Positions 1 to 12,646 of a stretch of 64,000 nt of DNA are shown piece after piece (the first letter of the stretch is position 1; every line of letters starts with the position of its first letter). Source of the DNA: Lama guanicoe (taxonomy: Eukaryota). Under the pieces are notes generated by a model. The model did no database searches and was not told the DNA's origin. It saw only the letters and a program-made list of their open reading frames with translations. The stretch lies in contig MU057202.1 of assembly GCA_013239625.1 (NCBI GenBank), positions 3,671,101 through 3,735,100 on the forward strand, given 5' to 3'. Both the position numbers and the translations under genes were made by a program.

Positions 1-160
1 AGGGGCGGCCAGCCTCAGAGCTTCGGGGATGCACCTGGCACCATCGGAGAGCATCGGCCCGGGGCTCAGCCAGCAGGTCGCTCACAGGCGCTGATAGTAC
101 GGTGGCCAGCAGCCATCCCAAGGGGCTCTGCCCGGTCAGTGGGGCCCTCATCTCATGGAA

Positions 161-416
161 GGCTGAGATAGGGGCCAGGGCCTGGGACCCATGCAGGTGG
201 AGCACCTGGTCCACCTGTGTGAGCGGCTGAGGTAGGGGCCAGGGGCTGGGACCCATGCACGTGGAGCGCCTGGTCCACCTGTGTGAGCGGCTGAGATAGG
301 GGCCAGGGGCTGGGACCCATGCACGTGGAGCGCCTGGTCCACCTGTGTGAGCGGCTGAGGTAGGGGCCAGGGGCTGGGACCCATGCACGTGGAGCGCCTG
401 GTCCACCTGTGTGAGC
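161..416. repeat. Minisatellite, 4 x 64-bp unit
   Basis: Units start at 161, 225, 289 and 353 (ggctgagRtaggggccaggggctgggacccatgcacgtggagcgcctggtccacctgtgtgagc) and are near-identical. Confidence 0.95.
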
Positions 417-3400
417 GGAGGCTGAGGCCACTCGGTGCCAGGCCCCTGGCCAGAGCCCCTGCCGCCCCGTCCTTGCTCCCACCAGGCATGGCTGGGGACA
501 GGGCACGGCCACTGCAGCCCTGTCTGTCGTGTCTCAGGGACCTGGTGGGGAGACCTGGGAGCTCTCACGGGCTGCAGACAGAAGCTGGGTTCTCTATGGA
601 CTTTGCAAGGGTCTGGGGGTGCCCAGCGTGACCAGCGTGGACGGGTCACTGTGTCTGGCCCAAAGCACGGGGTTGGGTCCATTTTGCTCTGTTATGAGTC
701 CAGTCCCCATGCATGGAAACCTGCACGTGGGTTTTCAACTGACAAACAAGTAGGTGGGGGGGTGACAGGCGAGCAAAGTGTGGCCGCCACATAGCAGGTG
801 GGACTTTGTGGGCCGAGGGGGGTCCTGTGGGCATGGGGCAGGGGTCCAGCAGGCACCAGAGCAAACACGTGGAGGAAGCGCCGACCCCTGTCCAGCTGGG
901 GCCGTGATGTAGCGCGGCTTGTCTTTGGGGTGGCCTGTGCCCACACAGAGTGAAACAAGGCTTGACGTGGGGAGACGGGTGTGTGCAGCACCGCGTGTTC
1001 CCGGGGGCAGGGGGCCAGGGGCCGGGGCTCGCTTTCGGCGGGGTGGGGAGCTGCAGAGGCGTTTCGGTCAACAGGCAGAAAGACCCCATGAATATTTCAT
1101 CAGGGCAGTGCCGGCCGCCAGGAACACCGGTCCCTAGGGGGCCGGGAGCTTGCGCAGGAAGCAGGACTGTGAAATGCGGAGTGGGCAGGGGCAGGGGCCT
1201 CCTCTGCCGCTGAGGATGGCTCTCGTGTCCAGCCGCTTGTGGTCCCTCCCACTCTGCCTGTCACTGCGCCGGCTCAGGCCACCACCCCGTTTCTGTGGAC
1301 GCAGGCCTGCTGGTGTGGGGGCAGGTGTCCTGGATCAGCTTCCTTGTCCCCCCAGCACAAGTCCCACTCCCTGCCCGCCCTGCCCCACCAGGTCCATGGC
1401 CAGGTCAGAGCCACTCAGGGTCAGGGGACCAGAGAAGGGCTCTGGACCCGGGGTCTGACTCTCTAGATGAGGCCACAGAGCTGGGGCCAGGGCCACCCAG
1501 GGAGGCAGAGAGAGCCTGCCTGGAGCTGGATGGGGGGGGCCGTGGTGGGCCTGGGTCCCTGCACCCACCCCTGGGGGAACCATGGACAGGCGCGGCTGCC
1601 CAAAGCCCCTTGGTTTCCTAAATCCCCTGCCGGGTGCTCAGACCAGGGCTCGCCCGGGCCAGGCCAGCACCTCACCTGCTGGTGTGGGTGTCAGGGCCAG
1701 CGACGGAGAGGCCTGGGGGCTAGGGACAGGATGGTGACGTGGCAGACTCTCACTGGAGCCAGGGCATGGCCCTGGCAGAGCTGGGAAGGCTCTCCACAGG
1801 GTCCTCCTGGTGCCACCAGCCGCACACCAAGGGGCTGCCCACTGAGGCCAGAGGCCTGGCTCTCTTGCTTGCTCTCAGGAGCCCCCAGAGTGCTGCCACC
1901 CAGTGCTCCCAGCTGGGACGCACTGCTGGCCCAGTTCCTGGAGATGGAGGCTGGGCCAGGTACCCTCTTTAGACCTCCCATTACCCGCCTGGTGAGGTGG
2001 ATGGCCCACTGCTGGGAGCCCCTTCCCTCTGCCCGAGTGACTGCCTGGAGCCCAGACCCCTCGCTGCCTCCCAGGTGGGCCCCTCTGGCCCAGGTGAGCT
2101 CCACACTTGGCTTTTCAAGCTCCTCCCAACTCTGCAGCTCTGGGACTGCTGCTTCCCCAGGCATGGGCGCCATGGGCGTCCCCACCACCTTCTGCCCATG
2201 CACATGTATGCCCCAGGCCCTTCCTGCCACACTTCAGGGTCTACACTGGCTGTTCCAAGCGTCACACTGGACAGCGTCCAGCCCAGAGCCCCTGGGGCAG
2301 CAGTGGTGTCCCTTCTGCTCCTTGCCCCGAGCTGAGGCCCATGGAGGCTCCCTCCCCTGTCGCCACCAGTCTCACCCAGGGAGGGGTGGCCAGGTGCCTG
2401 CCCATTGCCCTCTGCCACCACCTCCCCGTGCACCAGGAGTCCAAGTCGCCTGTCCCACTGCTCTGGCTCTTTCTGCACAGCAGGGCTTTGTCCTTGAAGC
2501 CCCCGGCACAGGTCCTCTCCAGCCAAGCAGTCCGCCACCCATGCCCCCGGCAGCTGGGCTCCTTGCACGGCTGCCCAGGCTCCTCTGACGGGCACGCTTG
2601 GCTGGGGTCCCCGGGTCTGCACACAGGCACCGCGTGCTAGGCAGGCTGTGGGGAGGGAGGGGGGATCTTGGGACCGCCCAGCCCCTCCAGGTGTCACCCT
2701 GCCCCCCATCCTCCCAACCCCTGCCCCAGTCCCTGGGTTGGCCTGTGAGAAGAAACAGACATTCAAGGACAGTTTAGGGACACCTTCCAAAAAGTGAGGC
2801 AAAGAGAACCCTGAGAGCCAGCAGGACGTTGGTGGAGGTGATGCAGCCACAAGACCCTGGAGGGAGGGGCTCGAGCCAGAGGCGCTGTCTTGCGGTGCTG
2901 GGACCCTGGGTGTGGCTGCTGGCTCCCCTGCCCCACGCTGCCCCCCAACCCCAGTCCAGCCAGCCCTGCTCTATTCCTCTGCATGGACAGTTCTTATGTC
3001 ACCTGGAGAGACAGGTCCCCCCAGGGGCAGACCCTCTCCTGCACCAGGGCAGTGCTGGGGGAACCCAGGTTGAGAGAGCCAACGGGCTGGCCTGGACCCC
3101 CGGTGGACACAGCCATCCCCTCAAGCCGCATTCCGTGTCACCAGCACCCAGGCCGAGACCCGGCCCCCTGCCCATGAGCCCCACGCGCTTGTTACCTGCA
3201 CCCCGCCGGCCACCGCCTCCATCTGCCTGCTCCCAGACGGGTCCTCCATGGCTCCTCTGCCAAGTGGCTGCCGCCTGCCTGGGACGGGCTGCCAGCAATT
3301 TGCTGTGGGTTTTGTCTGAGTTTTGGCCCCGTGTGCCCGCTGGCACCCGAGAGGCGCCCAGCCCCACAGCTCGTTTGTGGCAAGCGTCCATCTTCCCCTC

Positions 3401-5129
3401 GGCAGCATCCCCTCACCTCTCCCTCCTCCTGGTCCCCACGATGCCAGCTCGGGGGAAGTGGCAGGGACGGAGCCGGCCAGCCTCTCCCAGCTGAGTGCAG
3501 CCACGCTCCTTTTTTCTGGGTTTTAAACCCACACACATGTACTCTTGCACACACACGCACACACGTCAGGCCCCCGCCCCTGACGACACGCGTCCCTTCT
3601 GTCAGGAGCAGCCCCAGCCAAGACAGCCGGTGGCGCGGCAGAGCCAGGCTTCGCCAAGCGGGGGAATCCAGCTTCCCCTGCCATCGCTTCGTCTTACGTA
3701 AACCACCGAAAAGGAAAAGGAACTCAAGTCCCGCCACACTTCAGAGCCTCCAACTGGGTCCCCCTTGACCCAGCCTGGCCGCCCCGGCCTCTGCCTGCCG
3801 CAGCAACCCGCCCGGCCTACAGTTCCGCGCTGGACCCTGTCCTTCCCGGAGGGAAGCTTGGTGTGGAGGGCTGACTCTGGACCTCATACTGGGCCAGCCC
3901 AGGACTGGCTTCCCGGAGCCACAGGGTAGTGGGCTGTGATGGAACGTGGCTTTGGGTACACGCGTGGTCTGTGTCAGGGAACCGAGTCTGCCTGAGGGGC
4001 CAGAGTAGGGCTCCACATGGGCGTGAGGTCAGGGCCAGCCTCAAACAGGAACTGGGGGTACTGGTCAGACCTCCGGCAGAGAGGGCAGCAGGGCGGACGT
4101 GGCCCACTGCCAGCTCTGAGCGCCCCCCAGTGCTAGCAGAACCCGACGTGGTCGGCACACGGCTGCTTCTGACCCAGGAGATGGAGGTGGCCGACCCAGG
4201 GCGCAGGGGCGTAGGGCAGGTGCAGCCCACTCCCGCCCGCGCTGCTCTGAAAGGCGTGTGACGTGGAGCAAGGAGCCGGAAGGAGCCAGGCCTCGGTGAC
4301 GCCCGGAGTGGCCAGCCCAAGCGGACTCCCGCCTCCCTACTCCCGTCCCCGGGGAAAACCGCGCCTGCTGGGCCGAGGCCCAGCCGAGTCAGCCAGCAGC
4401 CCGCGGAGGCCTCACCCCCCAGATGCAGTTGGGAGCGGGCGGTGCAGGCCGGGCCTGGACACTCTGCTTGCCTGTCGCCCGGAGCCGGGCCTGGCCCTCT
4501 GGCCAGGGTCCATCTGGGTCAAAGGTCACCCAAGCCAACCCCCTGCCCCCCCGAGCCTTGGCCTCGCGGGAGCCCTTCTAGCCTCCGACTCCAGGCCGCA
4601 CTTCACTCTTCAGTGTGTTAATTCTTCAGCTCCCAAGTATTCCAGCACCTGACAACCTGAATTGGCTTCAAAACTCCTTGAAGGGCCCTGGGTGGGCAGG
4701 AAGGAAAAGGCACCACAGGGCGACCCGCTCGTGGGGCGGAGGCCCGGCGGCCCCAGGGGCAGGTCATCAAGCCTGGGCTGACCAGGTTGGCACTGCCTCC
4801 ACGCCACCCAGGTGGCTCCTGGTCCCAGCTGGCGTGTGGCTCCGAGGTGACCTCCGGGCGACCTCTGACTTCGAGGCCGCTGGGGCCTCCTCTCTGCAGG
4901 GGGGCCTGGACCCGAGGCTGGGGAGGCCCTGAAGAAGCGGCCTCCCGAGAGCCCCCGTCCTGCCACCGCTCCGCGCGCACTGGGCTCCCTTCTACACGGC
5001 CGCTCGCTGCTCCAGAACATTCCTGCTGAGGTGCAGCCACCTCGTCCCTCCCTGCGAGGCCTGGGGCCGCCGCCTCATTCAAGGGCCACCCACACGCCTC
5101 CCGCCTCAGGGAGTCTTCTCTGGTCCTTC

Positions 5130-5430
5130 CTTTTCAAACTGTGTTAAAATACACATAAACGCCACCACTGGCGCGGCTTGGAGGGGCAGAGGTCAGTGAC
5201 ATCCAGCACATCCACGGCTGTGCAGCCACGGCCTCTGTCCCGTTCCAGGGCGTCCCCGTCCCCCGAGGGCGCCCTCCGCAGTCCGCCACCAGGCCCGCGT
5301 TCCCTCTGGGGCCTGGCCCGCTCTGGGTGCCATGCCCGCAGAACCTCGGCCCGTGGCTTCTCTCCGGTGGTGTCTGAGGCGTCTCCGTGCTGTGGCCGCA
5401 TCACGGCTGCCTTCCTTTGGGGGCTGATTT
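5130..5430 (-). mobile_element. Old L1 (L1MB-like) 3'-end fragment, heavily GC-shifted
   Basis: tgtgttaaaatacacataa...tcagtgacatccagcacatccac...tgtgcagccac follows the antisense L1M 3'UTR pattern. Confidence 0.6.
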
Positions 5431-7739
5431 GGCCCCTGCTTCCTTCTACGTGGCCCGGCGGCTCTGTCCTTGGGAAACAGAGGGTGTGACTGGGGTGGGG
5501 CAGACTCGCTCTTACAAGAATAAGGTGTTACAGTGACATGGGACGGTGCTCAGTACACCAGCCGGACCTGTCCTGGCGCCCGAGGGACAAGGTCACGCCA
5601 CCGCCCACCGAGCTCTACTCCTGCTGCGTGGACCCACCAGCACCCACGGGGTGAGTGCGCCCTGGGGCTGGGGACCTGAGGCCCACGGCCACTGTAGCAG
5701 CTGCCACCATGCCAGGCCAGGGGACACCTGCCGCCTCGGTGTGGTCGTGGAGCTGGCCCACGTGGAAGAGAGGGGCGGAAGGCTCCAGACATCCCGCTGA
5801 AAGAGACCAGGTGAGCTCGTCGACCCCTGAGCTAGGGAGAGCAGACATGATCGTGGGACCATGAGTGACCAGGCATCCACTGTGGGCCTGGGACCGGCGT
5901 GCTCAGGACAAGGTCGCCAGAGGGCAGGTCGATCCGCGGCCATGGTCTGACCGCCCAGCTGCACGCCCTGACCTCCGGGGACGCCCACGTGTGCGGCTGC
6001 CGGGGCCTCAGCCTCCCCAACACCTGCCCACCCCCAGCTGCCCCCAGGCCCCACCTGTGACGCTGACGGATCGGCAGGGTCAGTGCTCCGCTGCCTGTGG
6101 GACTCAGCCTCATCCATCACCAGGAGCTGCTGGTGGGCCGGCTGCAGGAGCGGCACTCCCGGGGCTGCGCAGTGGGCGGAGCCAGGCGCTGTGTCTGGTG
6201 ACCGCACATGCAGACACGCCGACCAGCGCCCTAGTCCTTGCCCAACTCCCCAGGTGTGGCCTTACCGCGGTGTACCTTCTGTGACCTCCGTGCCTCGGCC
6301 TACCAGGCACACGACAGTGCTGCTCACAGGCTCGGCGAGGCCGTGGGCCTGGGAGCACGTGCAGGTGCAGGTTTGAGCGCAGGGTGACTGTGGGGGGGCG
6401 TGTCTGCCTGCCGGCCAGTGCTGTCAACACACAGGGGCACGTGTGCCTCGGGTGTGCGTGGACCCCCCGGGTGCCTAGGAGGAGGTGAGTGCGTCTGCGG
6501 GTGAACAAGCTGGGGGGTCCTGGGTCCTTCCACGGCCCTCCCACCCTTCCGCTGCTGGGGTCCCAGAGGTTGGAAGAGGTCTCGGGGTCCACCCATCCAG
6601 CCTTGCAGGTCATTGTGAGTCCCGGGGACCCCCAGCCCACCCAGCTCTGCTGGGCTGACCAGCAACATGGGGGGAGATTCTGCCCCCAGGGCCCTGGCAC
6701 GTGCCCCGTCTCTCCCCCCTCGGGCAGTTCAGGTCAACCCGGTTACATGGTCTTTTGTCCCCTCCTGCCCTGATTTGCCTGGAAAGACTTGAGGAAACCT
6801 CAAGCCCAGTGAGTCTGGGGACAGATGGAATCACAGCCACCCTCTCCTTTCCTGCTCCTCCTGGGGTTCACACCCTGCTCCTGCCCCAGGGCCTTGGCAC
6901 GGGCGGCTCTGTCCACGCAGAAGGCTCCCCTCCGTTCCTCCAGGCCTCTGCTGGAACGCCAGCTCTGCAGGGATGCTCTCCGGGGCCCCCCTCGCACCTC
7001 ACACACGCAGCCTGAGTGCTGCAGGTTAACGGGCCCTGTGCCGCTGACCCCAAGACACCGGTTGCTGTGTGAGGGCAGGGCCGTGGTCCCGGGCGGGAGA
7101 ACAGGCTGCGGGTGGTGGCTGCATGAGGCAGCGGAGGGAGAGGTCTGAGACAGGGCGCTGGTCCCCGCGCAGGGCAGCTCCCCTCCCCACACTGCTGACT
7201 GACCAGTCCACAGCTGCCCTCCGAGGTGGAGGCCTCTCTGGACTGCCCACAAGTTGCCCCTCAAGGTTCTGGCCATACGCGGGTCTGACCAGAGGCGCAG
7301 GGCGGGCCTCCAGCGCCAGCTCCTGACGGGTGGCGGTTACCACCCAGGACGCTCCGTGGGTTCTGGGCCCCACGGGTGGGCGCGGCCTGCAGTCACTTCC
7401 CCAGCAGCCCCGAGAGGAGACATGGCTCGGGCAGCTCCCCCACGTACAGGTGAGGGAACCAGGAGACCTGGGCACAATGCCCCGCACCTCAAGCCCCGCC
7501 CATACCACAGCCCCGCGGGCTGGGGGCCCGGGTAGGTGGGCGGCACGGGGGTGTGCTGGTGAGCAGCCTCCCAGAGCCCCGACACCACTTTGTCGGCGTC
7601 ACACCTCGCACCGGCCGAGGTCCCTGAGCTCGGAGATGGGGCCCCAGCGGGCCGCGCGCGCAGCCCGAGCCGTGCCGTAGAGACCGCAGGCCGGGGCGCC
7701 GGAGCCGGGAGTTCGCCGGGCTCGGTGTTGGTTCTCACT

Positions 7740-7952
7740 AAGGAGGCGACACAGACATGTTTGGAGGTGAAGAGGCATCACGTCCACAACCTGCTCAGTG
7801 TTGAGAAAAATGGAGTAAGATGTTTAAGTAGAGACAGCGGTAGGTGACTGTCACGGAGTGTTCACAGTTGGGGACCGAGTGAGAGGCGCCAGGACTTTCT
7901 TCATACTGGCCCCCCAGGTTTTCTATAAGTTTGAAAAGTTTATTTCAAAATG
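7740..7952 (+). mobile_element. Old L1M 3'-end fragment
   Basis: Ends ...ttttctataagtttgaaaagtttatttcaaaat, typical of L1MC/ME tails. Confidence 0.45.
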
Positions 7953-8179
7953 ACGAGCAAGCACAGCCGCCCCCCAGAAGAAGCCGTGGATGACCGTGTT
8001 GCGCACGGGGCTCTCTCCTCTGGCGGGTCGACGTGGGGGACTCCGGGAGCGGCCTGGTGTGGGGCCGTCTGCCCCTGGTTTCCGCGTGAGGTGAGCGGTG
8101 CGGGCCCCGAGGACAGCGCGCTCTGCCGCGCTGTGGGCCTCAGTCTCCAGCCTCTGCTTCCAGCCTGTCGCTTTCACAG

Positions 8180-9258
8180 CCAGGGTAGGTCTGTTTGCTC
8201 TGCCTGTTGCCTCTGTCTGGCTTTGCCGTCGCGGTTAAGCTATCCTCGTAGAATACGTTGGGGGTCGTTTTCCGTAAGTACCTGGGATCTGCCTGTAGAG
8301 CCCTCTAGCCCTGTGCCCTCCCTGGAGCGACGGATTATTTTTTCCAGTTTCTTCTTTAGTTGCGGTTGCTGGTTTGTTTGGATTTTCTGCTTCTTTAGGT
8401 CAGCTTTAGTCGCACGTGTTTCCTGTCCTCGTGTGACTTCCCAGGCCCCCTCACCGACCGCCTCACCCTCTGCTCTGCTCCACCCTGTGTCCCAGTTTCT
8501 TATTTTCTGGACTAGATTGGGAAGTTAAGCTATTTCATTGTTTGCTTTGTTCAGCCAGGAAATACCTCTCAGCTGAATCTATTTACTTTTTCTGCTTTAT
8601 CTTTCTTCTGCTTTCTTTTGGTTTCTCTTTTCTAACTTTTGATTTGAATGCTTTACACCCCAAGTTTAATCATAAAAATGTCTCAGGCCACGCATAGGCC
8701 TTCCAGTCCGGTTTGCACTGTAGCTCGTGGGTACAACAGTCCAGGAACTTACTGTGCTATTTTCTGGATGCTGCATAGCTACAGGTTTGGTTTCTTTGTG
8801 TTAAAATAGTCAATTAGGTTATGTTTTAAGTTCCGACTGGGAATTGTAACAAACCCTTCGCTATTAACTTAATGTGCTATGGCCTCTGGACTCTGCCTGG
8901 ATGATTGATACCTGAGTGTCCAACCGTCCTGGTCTTGCTGGGGCCGAGGGGTTTTCCACGACTCCAGCCCTGTGATGCTCAGCACCCAGGACCAGCTGCT
9001 CACCCTAGTCATTGACACTTTCTCTGTCACCTAAAAGATGACTTATCTTAGTACCTGCTGCAGAGGAACTTGAAAAGAATGTGTTTCCTGATTGTAGGGT
9101 GCAGAACTTAAATTTAGACCTGCTTGATTAACTTAATTAATAATATTTCTCAGTTCCTCAATAGCTTTTTTTTTCCCTAATTTGATTAGTCAAAAGTTGA
9201 GAGACAGGTGTCAAGGTGTGTCACCACTGCTATTGTGTCTGCCATTTTTTTCACATTT
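8180..9258 (-). mobile_element. Degenerate antisense L1 ORF2-region fragments
   Basis: T-rich sequence with antisense L1 motifs (cttgaaaagaatgtgtttcctg, ttagtcaaaagttgagaga...). Confidence 0.6.
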
Positions 9259-10325
9259 TTATTGTAAAGTTGATAAAACTCTAGCAGGACTGACAAAGCT
9301 AAAATGGAAGAAGACTGAAATGGCCAGTGTCAGGAGTGAACCGGGGACACCACCGTGGATGCTGCAGCCACTAGGAAGATAGTCCAGACATACCGGGAAG
9401 ATCTTCACGTGCACACATGCAACAGCTTGGGAGAAACGGCTCGTCCCTTGAAAAGTGCACGGCACCAGAACTCAACTGAAATGAGACAGATCATCTGAAT
9501 AGCCCTGTACCCGTCCAGGAAATCGAAACCACCGCCTGCAAGCTCCCCCCAAAATAAATTCCCAAGTCTAGGTGTTTCACTGGAGGGTTCTTTCAGGCAT
9601 TTAAGGAAGAATTAACACCCGTCCTTCTCAGACTCTTCCAGAAGGTAGAAGAGGGGGACACCTTTCAGCATGTTTTTGAGGCCAGAATCACCTGGTTACC
9701 AAAGCCAAAGACGCACAAAAGAGAAGCGCTTCGGACTAACACCCCTGATGAACCTAGGTGCAAAAATCCTCAACAAAATAGCAGCAAGCCAAGCCCAGCT
9801 CGCACAGAAGTCAACGAGCGCCACAGCCGGGGGGGTTGTCCTGCGTGCAAGGCTGGCCCAACATCCGGAAGTCAATCTAGACCTTAGGTCAAAAGGGGGA
9901 AATGCGCTTCTATCAATAGATCCAGGAGGAGCGCTTGCCAGCATCCAACACCTGTTCATGGTAAGACGCTCAGCAAGCTGGGAGCGTTAGGGGAGCCGCC
10001 TCAGTGTGGTGACGGCACCTGGGGGAACCTGCGCCGACGTCACACCTGACGGCCAGGACCGCATCTTTCTCTCTGAGATCAGGAGCAAGGTGAGGATCCC
10101 ACTCTTACTGACCCTGTTCAACATGGTCATGGAAGTTCTAGCCAGTTAGACAAGAAAAGAAAGAAAGGGCACATCGATCAGCAAGGAAGAATTGAAACTG
10201 CTCCTGTTTGCATATGACATGATTGTCTGCGTAAAAAACCCAGAGAGTTCTACAGAATACAATTAGAGCTAGTGAGTGAGTTCACTAGGTTGCAGTATAT
10301 GCAAGGATCAATCAAAAGAATACAC

Positions 10326-10346
10326 TATATATATATATATATATAT
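10326..10346. repeat. (TA)n microsatellite
   Basis: About 10 TA units. Confidence 0.9.
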
Positions 10347-11061
10347 TCCACTCCGGGAACGTCCCTGCACGTACAGCAATGCGGACGGACGGCGGGGGAA
10401 CTTCTGCTGAGTTAGATTTGGAATCCCGTACTATCTGTTTAAAACTACTCCAAAACAATGAAATGCGAAGGTATCAATTTAACTAGTCCCTTGTAAGATC
10501 TGTATGCTGACTATTCAGAATGCTAGTGAAGGAGATCAGACATTTAAGTAAGTGCAGACACACCGTGTCAGCGTAGTAAAAACTGAAAAAATCAACACGG
10601 CATAAGTGTCAGTTCCTCCTACTTAGACCTACAGATTTAGCACCATTCCTGTCAAAACCCCAGCAAGGTGTTCTGTAGACATAAACAAGCTTATTCTGAA
10701 ATTTTGCAGAAAGTCAAAGGACCTAAAATGGTTAAAAACACTCAAGAAAAAAAAAAAGGAGGAGCCATTCCACCTGATATTAAAGACTGATACGTAGCTA
10801 CAGACTCAAAACCGCACGGTGCTGGTGTAGGGACAGGCCACAAGTCAGTGAGACCTAGTGGCGAAACTGGAGCAGACCCACAGACATGCCCAGCGGACTC
10901 CTGACGAAGGTGTGAGGGTGGTTCGGTGGAAGACAGATGGCCTTTTCAGCAAACGGTGCTGGAGCTGGTAGACGTCCATGCAGGCAAAAAAGGAGCCTCG
11001 ACCTTCGCAAGTTCAGGCTTTTGTAGAAGCTTCGTGCTTTGTCCCAGACAGCTCAAAACGT

Positions 11062-11278
11062 ATCCGCAGATACAGAAGGAGGAACTTGTGGCTGCCAGGG
11101 GCTGGAGGTAGAGCGGAACAGGGGTGCCTGCTTAACGGGCCCGGAGTCTGGGGTGAAGGAAAAAGACTAGACGGTGGTGATGGTTGCAGAACACGGTGCG
11201 TGGACTTGATGCCGCTGAGTTGTGTGCTTGAATACGGTCAATTGTATGTTATGTGCACTTTTCCAGAATTAAAAAAAA
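11062..11278 (+). mobile_element. Short L1MB-like 3' end with A-tail nested in L1 ORF2
   Basis: gtggctgccaggggctgg...ggtggtgatggttgcagaaca...tgttatgtgcacttttccagaattaaaaaaaa; ORF2-like sequence resumes afterwards (gaatggatcacagac). Confidence 0.7.
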
Positions 11279-12123
11279 CCTTAGAATGGATCACAGACTT
11301 AAGTGTACAAAAGGAAAATTATAAAACTTTTAGAAGAAAAACACAGGAGCAAATCTCCTAGCGCAACATGAGATTTGACACCAAAAGCACAATCCATAAA
11401 TTGAACCTGGTCAAAACCAGAAGTTTCTACTCTGTGAAATAACCTTGTTAAGAGGCTGGGACGACAAGCTGCGCCCTGGACAATATATTTGCAAACCGCA
11501 GATCTGACACAGAATATACCAAACCCCCACTACACAGACAGTCCGAGTAAAAAGTGGGAGGAAGACGTGAACAGACATTTCGCCAAAGGGGAGACAGCAG
11601 ATAAGCACGTGAAAGGATGTTCAAATCCTTAGTCTTAGGAAAACGGAAGTTAGAACCACAGTAGCAGATCACTGTACATGTATCAGAGTGGTTAAAAGGA
11701 AAAATGCGACCACACCAAACGCCGGTAAAAATGCAGAAAACCTGGATCTCTCAGACATGCTGCGAGGTGCAGCTTCTCAGGAAGACACTAACACAAGACA
11801 CGCAGCTCCCGCGGGCCCCAGCAACTGCACTCTCCGGCACCTACTCCGGAGAAATGAAGACCTGGATTCACGCTGAAGCCTTACAGGAGTGTTCGCAGCA
11901 GCTGTATTGGCAATAGCCCCGAACTGGGAGCAAGCCCGATGTCCATCAACAGGCGAATGGTTAAACCAGCTGGGGTGCATCCATGCTGCGAACGCCACTG
12001 CGCACACAGCGATGTGGACGGATGGCGGGGGACTTCTGCTGAGTGGAAAAGAGCCAGTCCCCAGGGGTGCTGTCCTGGAGGACCTGTGTGAGTCACCCTT
12101 GAAGAGACCAGCAGTGGAGAACA

Positions 12124-12646
12124 TTTATTGGTCTTTTATTGAAGCACAGTCAGTTACAATGTGTCAGTTTCTGGTGGACAGCACAATGTTTCAGTCATGC
12201 ATGTACATACGTGCATTTTTTTTCATCTTCTTTTCATTGTAGGTTATTACAAGATGCTGAATATAATTCCCTTGCTGTACAGAAGAAATCTGATTTTTTA
12301 AAATCTGTTTTATATATAGTAGTTAGTATCTGCACATCTTGAACTCCCAGTTTATCCCTTCCCACCCCTTTTCCCCCCAGGAACCATGTTTGTTCTCTAT
12401 GTCTGTGAGTCCGTTTCTGTTTTGTAGGTAAGTTCATTAGTGTCTTGTTTTTTCTTTTCTTCCTTTCTTTTTTTAAAGATTCCGCATATGAGTGATATCA
12501 TATGGTTTTTTNNNNNNNNNNNNNNNNNNNNNNNNNNNNNNNNNNNNNNNNNNNNNNNNNNNNNNNNNNNNNNNNNNNNNNNNNNNNNNNNNNNNNNNNN
12601 NNNNNNNNNNNNNNNNNNNNNNNNNNNNNNNNNNNNNNNNNNNNNN
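12124..12646 (-). mobile_element. Younger lineage-specific (cetartiodactyl/camelid-type) L1 3' end, running into an assembly gap
   Basis: ttttattgaagcacagtcagttacaatgtgtcagtttctgg...ctatgtctgtgagtccgtttctgttttgta; bracketed by a 15-bp direct repeat. Confidence 0.8.
12512..12646. other. Assembly gap (135 N)
   Basis: Run of N. Confidence 1.

Noticed and set aside
161-416. CRISPR-like regularly spaced repeats
   Set aside because: The units are contiguous with no unique spacers and there are no cas genes; this is a eukaryotic minisatellite.
7580-8140. Secondary CpG-rich patch as a possible promoter of an unannotated gene (similar patch at 17280-17950)
   Set aside because: It is short, interleaved with GC-shifted L1 remnants, and has no associated exon chain. 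A lncRNA cannot be excluded but cannot be supported from sequence alone.
9670-9990. ORF with reverse-transcriptase-like residues (PLMNLGAKILNKI)
   Set aside because: It is a fragment of a decayed L1 ORF2 with many stops and frameshifts, not a domesticated gene.
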